From IMG/VR virus record IMGVR_UViG_2541047922_000008: a stretch of 18,265 bases of DNA. One strand, given 5' to 3'. Positions 8,458 to 14,863 of this stretch are shown here, one piece after another (the first letter of the stretch is position 1; each line of letters starts with the position of its first letter). Both the position numbers and the translations under genes were made by a program. Origin of the DNA: a virus. Lineage: Duplodnaviria > Heunggongvirae > Uroviricota > Caudoviricetes. The notes under the pieces were generated by a model. That model was not told the origin of the DNA. It saw only the letters and a list, made by a program, of their open reading frames with translations, and searched no databases.

Positions 8458-8664
8458 TTACTCACCCCCCGATGCAAAACCATTCTGATTAAGCCAGGCG
8501 TTTACGGCATGTCTGACAATCTGCGCCACGCCTGGTAATGGCTGATCAGGGTGATTGTTCACATGGTCGATTCTGTACTGCTTAAGGCGCATCACGGTCT
8601 GTGCATCCAGATGAACGGAACCACCTCTGACATCGCCTGTGTTCAGGTCGTTAATACAATTCAC
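8458..8664 (-). CDS. small ribbon-helix-helix-like DNA-binding protein, 68 aa, GTG start
   Basis: AAGAGGA SD 7 nt upstream of the GTG. The pattern SVHLDAQTVMRLKQY (strand + helix) followed by GVAQIVRHAVNAWL (helix) is RHH-like. First gene of the cassette, preceded by ~100 bp of AT-rich DNA. Confidence 0.65.
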   Translation of the reverse strand: MNCINDLNTGDVRGGSVHLDAQTVMRLKQYRIDHVNNHPDQPLPGVAQIVRHAVNAWLNQNGFASGGE

Positions 8665-8766
8665 AGTAATTTCCTCTTACTGACTAAACTATGCACATTA
8701 TTGATCGAAAAAAGTGGTAGATAAATATATTTCTATCATAAAAACAGATTGATTGAGTTCAGATCC

Positions 8767-8790
8767 AAAAAAAGCCGGATTGCTCCGGCT
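8767..8790 (-). terminator. rho-independent terminator ending the replication operon
   Basis: Minus strand reads gccgga-gcaa-tccggc followed by T7. It separates the replication module from the cassette. Confidence 0.7.
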
Positions 8791-8796
8791 CTGTGC

Positions 8797-8946
8797 TTAC
8801 TTCTGGTAGTTACGCCATACTGATTTCCCGATCCCATCTATCCCCATTTCTTTTTCAGTGCGTTTAAGCGACCGTTTCAGGTCTTCTAAATTATCCGGTT
8901 GCTTTGGTGGCCTCTGTGCCTTGCTGGAACATTCCAGTCGTCGCAT
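8797..8946 (-). CDS. possible 49-aa basic protein (MRRLECSSKAQRPPKQPDNLEDLKRSLKRTEKEMGIDGIGKSVWRNYQK)
   Basis: Hand-found ORF below the track cutoff. Its stop lies 7 nt before the terminator. SD is weak and no family was recognised. Confidence 0.3.
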   Translation of the reverse strand: MRRLECSSKAQRPPKQPDNLEDLKRSLKRTEKEMGIDGIGKSVWRNYQK

Positions 8947-9030
8947 TGATATGCAATACCGTTCCTTGTCAGTACCCCAACTGCATTACTTCACCCCATC
9001 GCGCCGCCGCTCTTCGGTACAGGGTTTTAG

Positions 9031-9447
9031 TTAGCCTCCGACTCTTCCGTAGTGCTGTTCTGGTGGATTCACATAGCCCCTTTCTTGCAGGTATTCGCGA
9101 ATATCAGACATCAGGAGACGGTTAACCGTGCTCTTGTCTTTTCTCCGGTAAAGGCGTCTGGTGATCATGAAGTAGTTAGCAATGATCTCCGGTATATCCC
9201 TGACGCTGATACATGCTGTATGCTGGTCAATAGCTTCAATCATCTCTTCACGAGTTACAAAAGTCTGGCGTAAACGAGTGATCACACCATGTACATCTGA
9301 ATGATCATTTATACGCTTATTTTGGCGCTTCGCGCTCTCGACTGTGACACTGACAACAATGTCAACTCTTTGTTTTTCCGCAATTTCATCCACAATGTGA
9401 TCACCTGCACGGCGACCATGTGCGTGATCATTTCTTACTATTTCCAT
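9031..9447 (-). CDS. hypothetical protein, 138 aa
   Basis: ORF co-oriented with the operon, overlapping the proQ/finO-like stop by 20 nt. No family recognised. Confidence 0.65.
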   Translation of the reverse strand: MEIVRNDHAHGRRAGDHIVDEIAEKQRVDIVVSVTVESAKRQNKRINDHSDVHGVITRLRQTFVTREEMIEAIDQHTACISVRDIPEIIANYFMITRRLYRRKDKSTVNRLLMSDIREYLQERGYVNPPEQHYGRVGG

Positions 9448-9925
9448 TCATCTCCTCCAGTAGTTTTCCTGCGTGCGTCTGTTGTAGTGGTGTTACCTCG
9501 CCGCACGGCTGGCCTTTCAGGTCGTAACGCGCGCCACCAGCTACCAGGGCGCGGTAATAGCGCGGAGTCTGCACATAACGCGCCAGCGTTGCGCGTAGTG
9601 TTCCCTGTCCGAGTGAAATACCTCTCGCGGCAATATCCTGTATCAGGTCGTCAAATATCCCCACCTTAAGCGGCTTAGGTGATTCCGGGCTGAATAATTC
9701 AGGCCATAGCTCAATAAGACGGTTAACGCGTCTGCGGTTTTTACGCTGCTGTTTGGTCATACGCCGCCGCGGTGTTGCTCCTGTGAGCTTCTGCTGTGTG
9801 TTCTGGTTATCTGGCATCACTTTATGCGCCGATGTGGTTTTATTCTGCTGCTGCGCCGCCTGTGCTGTTTTCTGCGGCGTGCCGTAAATGCCCTTCGGTT
9901 TTCTGTTTATGGTCAGCTTTGTCAT
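9428..9925 (-). CDS. ProQ/FinO-domain RNA-binding protein, 165 aa
   Basis: Basic N-terminus followed by [29 protein letters not shown]...[35 protein letters not shown], the characteristic FinO/ProQ domain pattern. GGGGAAGG SD. Confidence 0.85.
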   Translation of the reverse strand: MTKLTINRKPKGIYGTPQKTAQAAQQQNKTTSAHKVMPDNQNTQQKLTGATPRRRMTKQQRKNRRRVNRLIELWPELFSPESPKPLKVGIFDDLIQDIAARGISLGQGTLRATLARYVQTPRYYRALVAGGARYDLKGQPCGEVTPLQQTHAGKLLEEMNGNSKK

Positions 9926-9961
9926 GCCTTCCCCTGTAATTACTCTGTTCGCTGTTGTGAA

Positions 9962-10387
9962 TTAAAACGGTATCCCGTCCCCGTACGGATCATCGTGCTG
10001 GCCTGTCTGTTGCTTTGCCCTGTTCAGTGCATCAGTAGCCTGCCCCTGCTGGCCTTTTTTGCCGCCCGGTCGCGCCGTTCGCGCACTGATTACGCTGTCT
10101 GCGATAACCTGCCATCCCTGCCTCGTTTCGCCGTTCTGGCCCGTCCACCGGCTCACCTGCATGTTACCGGCCACGCTTACCAGTTCGCCTTTGTGGTGTT
10201 TTGCCAGTGCGTCAGCCTGTCTGCCAAACGCCAGGACGGATAACCACATCGTCGCCGTTCCGTCATCTGCCTGATTGCATGGAAGGGGGACCGCCATACT
10301 CGCCATCGCCATTTGTGTGCCCTTGCTGGTGGTCTTTAACTGCGGGTCAGCCACCAGCCGCCCGTAAGCTGATATTTGCGCCGTCAT
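9962..10387 (-). CDS. ssb: single-stranded DNA-binding protein, 141 aa
   Basis: OB-fold-like N-terminal region, a Gly/Gln-rich linker, and an acidic tail ending DDPYGDGIPF (canonical SSB tip ...D-I-P-F). Confidence 0.9.
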   Translation of the reverse strand: MTAQISAYGRLVADPQLKTTSKGTQMAMASMAVPLPCNQADDGTATMWLSVLAFGRQADALAKHHKGELVSVAGNMQVSRWTGQNGETRQGWQVIADSVISARTARPGGKKGQQGQATDALNRAKQQTGQHDDPYGDGIPF

Positions 10388-10449
10388 GCTGTTTGTTCTC
10401 CGGTTTTAACGTGATAGTTACGCTTGTTTACACTCTTACAGTGAAATTT

Positions 10450-10574
10450 TGCGGGTTACAATCGCACATTTGCGGGTTATAACTGCCGTTTTGCGGGTTA
10501 CGTGCGGGTTATTGATTTCCTTTTTAATCATGCAGTTAATTAACTTATACACAGGATAACCCGCATAACCCGCA
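10450..10574. repeat. iteron array, putative replication origin
   Basis: TGCGGGTTA at 10450, 10471, 10492 and 10503 (spacings 21, 21, 11 bp). An AT-rich core follows (attgatttcctttttaatcatgcagttaattaacttatac). Two inverted copies TAACCCGCA sit at 10557 and 10566. The array lies directly downstream of the primase/helicase stop. Confidence 0.75.
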
Positions 10575-10597
10575 ACTTTTTACCTCACACAGGGAAG

Positions 10598-12724
10598 TTA
10601 ATCTTCTGCTTCAGGCTGGAACATCAGCACGTAAAAAATATGCTGCTTCCCGCCAATCCTGCCGAGCGCCTTTTTCTTGTAACGGCGGTCGCCTCCCGCT
10701 TCCAGCATTCCGGCAGCACTCAACGCGCGGGCAAAGTGAGACGGATTAAATCCCTGTGCTATCTCACCCTCAAACACATGCGGGAACGTGTAAAAACGGA
10801 ACTCGTCATCTTCGTTTCTGATACTCCCCTTTCTGTATCCGGCAAGGTCTTTAATCGGTAAATCACGCTCGTCGCTGTTTGGATAGGGAAGGTATCGACT
10901 GAACCCGAACGACGACAAAAACGCCTCAGCCTGTTCAACCATCTGTTTAAATTCCCTGTTGCCCGTGCCGAATTCCTTCACCCAGGCATTAAAGTTATGC
11001 TGAACTGCATCACGGCACGCCTGAACATCCCAGCCTGTAACATGACCGGAAAGCACAAGCGCGGCCTCCAGTACGGCGAATCTTTCCCCCACACGGTGAA
11101 CCTGCTCGCCGTAGCTCTCCGGTATCAGGTTGCGCCACCGCTCGCGACATGCCCTTACCGCGTCCTTTGCCTCCTGCTGGTGGCCTGCCAGCCATTTAAC
11201 CCACTCACGACCTGCCGCCCCGTGATTTTCTGTCCAGGCATCTTTTAACGCGTCTGCGTGCGCCTTTCCGGTGCTGTATTCGTGAAACTGCGAGGCCTTT
11301 TCCATCGGTACGTTAAGCAGACGGACAAGCTGCCCCGCTTTAATTTTTATCCCTTCCGTTTTGAGGAATGTTTCAACGTCCATTTCTCCGGTGCTGATTG
11401 CCACCGTGCGCCAGTGTTTTATCTCCCTGTTGCCGCCGTCCTTCGCCCCCTGTAATTTCCCGGAACCGTTAAACAGCGTATAGGCTGACGTGGACACCTC
11501 CCGTGCGTTTCCGGCCTGGCCTATTTCATCCAGGGGTAACAGCCCGTCATTATGTGCTTCGGCCTCGTTGGCGATACCTAACGCCGTTCCGTACCAGGTC
11601 AGCCGTTGCGCGTCCGGCTCTCCCCATAAACTTGATGCAATGTTCTGTGTGGTGGTTTTACCTGCTGATGATTGCTCAAAAAGATGAACCCCGAAGCCGT
11701 CAGCACCCACCAGCCCGATTAATGGTGCAGATAGCGATACCGCCACACCCAGCATCATGGACGGATTACCACCAGCCAGCCGTGCCACGGTATCGCGCCA
11801 GCCCTCCGCTGTTCCCGCCACGGAATAGCCATTAACAGCGGCAGTTTTTCCGGTAAACAGGATGGGTTTCTCTGATTCACCAATGACCGAACCGTCCGGC
11901 ATGATGTACGCACCAAAATGCCACCCCGTTGTTGTGCTTAACTGCCATTCCTCATGGTTTCCGCTTAACTGCATCCAGTCAGCCAGGATAGCCCTGTATT
12001 TGCCGTTGGTCGTCACGTTAAGGCCGTGGTCTTTCAGCAACCGCCAGCCGTCACGGTCACCAATGCCTCCGCACGGGACCGCCATTGTAATGACCTCATG
12101 GTTTGCTGGTTTTTTCCAGCGCATTACGCGGTAATGCTCTTTTCCGATTGTTCCTGTTCCCAGTAGTTCAAGCGGAGAACATAACCACGTCTCAGGCCGG
12201 ATAATTTCGCCTGACTGCTTGTCCACTTTGGGCGTTACCCAGAAAACACCATCGACGCGACTTTCAACACGAGGCTTTAATTCGTCATCATAATTTCCGG
12301 TGAAATTTGTCTTCGCCGGAAGGTTGATCACCAGACTGTTACCGTGTTCCGCATCATCCTTCAGTCCAGCCATGCGCGGTGTCCAGTCCTCCGGCTGCTG
12401 ATCAACAAAGCTGCGGTAGCAACGCGCCTCCTTCACACCCGCCACTGCAAGCAGTGTCGCTATCTGTGTAAGGTGCTGCTCTGATATTTCACCAGCACGA
12501 TAAACGCGCACGTAATAGCGCCCTTTGTCGATGATTTGCGTGTCTGCCAGACTCGCCAGTTGTTCCGGTCCAAGAATAACTGGATGTGTATCATCTGCCG
12601 CAATATGCTTTCCGGCCCATTCGCTCCACTCTTTCGCATGTGCCCAGGCATCACTACCCGCAAAGATAATCACCTCCGTCATTTTGTCTTTCGGCTGGTG
12701 CTTTAAATTCGGTGCGCGTTTCAT
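10598..12724 (-). CDS. DUF927-type P-loop primase/helicase (functional analogue of P4 alpha / PICI Pri-Rep), 708 aa
   Basis: Walker A is FEQSSAGKTT; the reverse complement of 11654-11662 is GGT AAA ACC = GKT. Walker B-like LLPLDEIGQ. Overall resemblance to DUF927 replication proteins of islands. ATGA overlap with the upstream gene and iterons immediately downstream. Confidence 0.85.
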   Translation of the reverse strand: MKRAPNLKHQPKDKMTEVIIFAGSDAWAHAKEWSEWAGKHIAADDTHPVILGPEQLASLADTQIIDKGRYYVRVYRAGEISEQHLTQIATLLAVAGVKEARCYRSFVDQQPEDWTPRMAGLKDDAEHGNSLVINLPAKTNFTGNYDDELKPRVESRVDGVFWVTPKVDKQSGEIIRPETWLCSPLELLGTGTIGKEHYRVMRWKKPANHEVITMAVPCGGIGDRDGWRLLKDHGLNVTTNGKYRAILADWMQLSGNHEEWQLSTTTGWHFGAYIMPDGSVIGESEKPILFTGKTAAVNGYSVAGTAEGWRDTVARLAGGNPSMMLGVAVSLSAPLIGLVGADGFGVHLFEQSSAGKTTTQNIASSLWGEPDAQRLTWYGTALGIANEAEAHNDGLLPLDEIGQAGNAREVSTSAYTLFNGSGKLQGAKDGGNREIKHWRTVAISTGEMDVETFLKTEGIKIKAGQLVRLLNVPMEKASQFHEYSTGKAHADALKDAWTENHGAAGREWVKWLAGHQQEAKDAVRACRERWRNLIPESYGEQVHRVGERFAVLEAALVLSGHVTGWDVQACRDAVQHNFNAWVKEFGTGNREFKQMVEQAEAFLSSFGFSRYLPYPNSDERDLPIKDLAGYRKGSIRNEDDEFRFYTFPHVFEGEIAQGFNPSHFARALSAAGMLEAGGDRRYKKKALGRIGGKQHIFYVLMFQPEAED

Positions 12725-13023
12725 TTCTTGCCCCTGAATGCGTTAATCATGTTCTTTATTACCTGAATATTTGCCTGTGCTTTCTCTTTACTGGTGGGCT
12801 TACTGCGTGGTACTGCACATACCAGTGAAAAATCACGCCGGAACTGATGAACGGGCATCACACAGTCATAGTCGTACCCTGCGCGGCGGTATGTAATGTG
12901 CCGTTCATACACGGAATTAATAACCACGCTGTCGCCATATTTATCCCGGAAAATATCCCCGATCCTGATTTTCGGGCGAGTCTGTCCGCTGGCATTTAAG
13001 CCAGTAAATTTAATCTTCTTCAT
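12721..13023 (-). CDS. hypothetical protein, 100 aa
   Basis: Operon position and ATGA coupling to the primase gene. No family recognised. Confidence 0.65.
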   Translation of the reverse strand: MKKIKFTGLNASGQTRPKIRIGDIFRDKYGDSVVINSVYERHITYRRAGYDYDCVMPVHQFRRDFSLVCAVPRSKPTSKEKAQANIQVIKNMINAFRGKK

Positions 13024-13025
13024 GT

Positions 13026-13283
13026 TTATTTCCCGGTATGGGGTTCTTCTTTATATTTATGGGCTAACAAATCTGGTAATTGCCTGTATTTATCCTCGGC
13101 AATATATTCAGAATAATCGACAGCACTGTTCAGTATATCTAACGCCGTTTCATGCTCCAGATTCGAAACTATAAGGAACGTTGCTACTTTTAGCATATTC
13201 GCGATATGCAAAAGAGCATCAATTTCATTTTTTGGCGCTTCACTGAATTTTTGCTCCAGAAGAATAAATCGTTCATCACGCAT
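13026..13283 (-). CDS. hypothetical protein, 85 aa, AT-rich
   Basis: AGGGGGA SD. Its start overlaps the Icd-like stop (ATGCGTGA). No family recognised. Confidence 0.6.
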   Translation of the reverse strand: MRDERFILLEQKFSEAPKNEIDALLHIANMLKVATFLIVSNLEHETALDILNSAVDYSEYIAEDKYRQLPDLLAHKYKEEPHTGK

Positions 13284-13479
13284 AGTATTCCCCCTGACGG
13301 ATGCGGGCAGTAAATACCATCACGCAGCCAGTCGGGGATTGCTGACGGGCTTCCTGTTCGCTGGCGGCCTCGATGTGTATTACGCGTGGTTGTGCGGTGC
13401 TCAGGGCGATAAAACGCCAGATGTATTTATTCAGGTTGTGCGAGTCCCGCCCTTGCGGGTGTGTGGTATGATTTAACAT
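13276..13479 (-). CDS. icd: Icd-like (host cell division inhibitor family) small protein, 67 aa
   Basis: Internal ATG (13477-13479) of the spurious 396-aa track ORF, with a GAGGT SD. The sequence MLNHTTHPQGRDSHNLNKYIWRFIALSTAQPRVIHIEAASEQEARQQSPTGCVMVFTARIRQGEYYA has the Y-I-W-x-F ... SE-x-EAR ... F-x-AR pattern I associate with Icd-like proteins of P4-like elements (memory). Confidence 0.65.
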   Translation of the reverse strand: MLNHTTHPQGRDSHNLNKYIWRFIALSTAQPRVIHIEAASEQEARQQSPTGCVMVFTARIRQGEYYA

Positions 13480-13484
13480 AGCTA

Positions 13485-13582
13485 CCTCGATACGCTTTCT
13501 ATCGTTGGTGGTTAGACGCCCTGCATGTGTTGCGAGCACTGCGGGGCGTTGCTTAATTTGAGCAATGCAACCCAAACTGTGC
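13485..13582 (-). ncRNA. structured leader, candidate C4/CI/IsrK-type antisense immunity RNA
   Basis: ~100-nt leader between the predicted start site and icd. A 9-bp stem with one mismatch and a 14-nt loop spans 13517-13548. A 5-bp hairpin at 13488-13504 abuts the SD. In P1 and P4-like elements a C4/CI RNA precedes icd. No covariance-model search was possible. Confidence 0.35.
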
Positions 13583-13588
13583 GCACAG

Positions 13589-13616
13589 ATTAAAATCATG
13601 TGTGCGCACATGTCAA
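13589..13616 (-). promoter_or_regulatory. strong sigma70-like promoter of the icd-primase operon
   Basis: Minus strand reads TTGACA (13616-13611), 16-nt spacer, TTTAAT (13594-13589). Confidence 0.6.
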
Positions 13617-13619
13617 TAC

Positions 13620-13648
13620 TTAACTTCTCACTTTTTTTGCTGTATTGT
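13620..13648 (+). promoter_or_regulatory. candidate promoter of the + strand RHH gene
   Basis: TTAACT (13620-13625), 17-nt spacer, TATTGT (13643-13648). Back-to-back with the minus-strand promoter. Confidence 0.4.
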
Positions 13649-13684
13649 GTGCGCCCATCAAATCCATTTAAGTGAGGTGTACCA

Positions 13685-13882
13685 ATGTCTAGCGGAAACA
13701 CAAACAACAAATCAGCAAAGAAAAATATTCGATTCCCGCACGAGCTTATAGATGGGATTGATGCCAGTGTTGAACAAGAAAAATTAACTAATCCTAGTGC
13801 TAATTTTTCCGCATGGGTCTTAGATGCCTGTGGACGCAAATTAAAATATGAACAGCGCCGGAAGGCCAAAGAGCAGGAGTAA
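13685..13882 (+). CDS. small RHH-type regulator (YlcI/YnfO-DUF3950-like), 65 aa; likely repressor acting at the TGTGCGCACA sites
   Basis: GAGGTG SD 5 nt upstream. KNIRFPHELIDGIDASV (strand + helix) and NFSAWVLDACGRKL (helix) fit an RHH fold. Divergent from the operator-bearing promoter. Confidence 0.65.
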   Translation: MSSGNTNNKSAKKNIRFPHELIDGIDASVEQEKLTNPSANFSAWVLDACGRKLKYEQRRKAKEQE

Positions 13883-13909
13883 CCATCACCAGCGCCGTGG
13901 TGCGGTGAA

Positions 13910-13922
13910 CTGTGGCGCACAG
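13910..13922. promoter_or_regulatory. fourth operator-like site (CTGTGgCGCACAG)
   Basis: Same sequence as the 13577-13588 palindrome with one inserted G. Located between the two small + strand ORFs. Confidence 0.4.
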
Positions 13923-13939
13923 GGTTACAGGTATCTACG

Positions 13940-14137
13940 ATGACTGACAAATCATTAAAGAAATTATCCTCATCCAGGAAAAAACAACGCAAAAATGCGG
14001 TAAGCGAACAAGAACAGGAAAGATTTGCGCCATGTGCGTTTGTCCTTGAGAAGTTCTTAAAAGAGTACAGGCGCACAAAAATGGAATCGCATACCTGGAA
14101 AACATCGCAGTATGGCGATGCTAAAGAGCAGGAATAG
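13940..14137 (+). CDS. possible small basic protein, 65 aa
   Basis: ORF with a weak SD, ending with the same AKEQE-stop as the upstream gene. A + strand terminator follows at 14228. Confidence 0.35.
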   Translation: MTDKSLKKLSSSRKKQRKNAVSEQEQERFAPCAFVLEKFLKEYRRTKMESHTWKTSQYGDAKEQE

Positions 14138-14227
14138 CCCACCAGCAAGCCAGCACACTGATCACATTGCCCACCAGCCGCAAATCTGGCATTGTTGGCG
14201 ATGCGTTTGATTTCCTTTGTTCCCACT

Positions 14228-14256
14228 GGCGACCTATCCCGGTCGCCTTTGTTTTG
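14228..14256 (+). terminator. rho-independent terminator of the + strand small-gene unit
   Basis: ggcgacc-tatccc-ggtcgcc followed by tttgttttg. Confidence 0.7.
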
Positions 14257-14305
14257 CCTGTTATCCAGCAACGGGGCGCTTTTTCTTTCTGTAACGTTCG
14301 GATCG

Positions 14306-14863
14306 TTACACATTGCTTTCACCCTCCAGAAAATCAGGCTGATATTTACGCCATAGCGCCCGCTCTTCTCGTTCCAGTGCATCTTTTGCCTCTTTGCATT
14401 GCTGTAACCTGTAACCGCGTTTGCTGGCTTCCTGTTGATATGCAGCCTGACGTTTACTGAAATCATTCAGCATGGCAAACGGAACACCATAACCCCCCGT
14501 TTTGCGGATTGAAGGAATCACCTCGCGGAATACCCAGTTACTGAAACGGTGCGCAAATGTGCCTGGTGTGGAAGCTTTACGGCTGCGGGCGATCAGTTTG
14601 TAGAAACCTGATTCAGAGACAACATTCCAGCTTCTGGCACCACCACGCTTACCGGAATGACCCTCGGTTAAAGCTAGGGTCATTACCTCATCGTTATCCA
14701 GAACTGAAACGGCATCAGTAACATTGCTGATTTCCAGCGCGGCACACACATCAGCGCCAACAAACCACGGCTCGCCGTTGATACTCACTATGCGCACCTG
14801 AATGTCATCGAATTTAATGACAGAGATTTCAGTGCGACCAGCATAAAAGACAGGTTTACGCAT
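14306..14863 (-). CDS. Bro-N domain protein (prophage antirepressor family), 185 aa
   Basis: IKFDDIQVRIVSINGEPWFVGADVCAALEISNVTDAVSVLDNDE matches the Bro-N pattern. 8-nt overlap with the upstream gene. Confidence 0.85.
   Translation of the reverse strand: MRKPVFYAGRTEISVIKFDDIQVRIVSINGEPWFVGADVCAALEISNVTDAVSVLDNDEVMTLALTEGHSGKRGGARSWNVVSESGFYKLIARSRKASTPGTFAHRFSNWVFREVIPSIRKTGGYGVPFAMLNDFSKRQAAYQQEASKRGYRLQQCKEAKDALEREERALWRKYQPDFLEGESNV

Larger units (their letters stand above)
13577..13654. promoter_or_regulatory. operator set: TGTGCGCACA palindromes
   Basis: CTGTGCGCACAG at 13577-13588 covers the predicted +1. TGTGCGCACA at 13601-13610 lies in the promoter spacer. Half-site TGTGCGC at 13648-13654 overlaps the predicted -10/+1 of the divergent + strand promoter. 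Confidence 0.6.

Noticed and set aside
8904-9273. 73-aa + strand ORFs (8904-9125, 9052-9273)
   Set aside because: They have no SD, lie antisense to or overlap minus-strand operon genes, and have implausible sequences.
13276-14466. 396-aa minus-strand ORF from the track
   Set aside because: The product is Cys-rich and low-complexity. The ORF runs antisense through two SD-bearing + strand ORFs, a + strand terminator and a promoter/operator region. Only the last 67 codons (Icd-like) look real.
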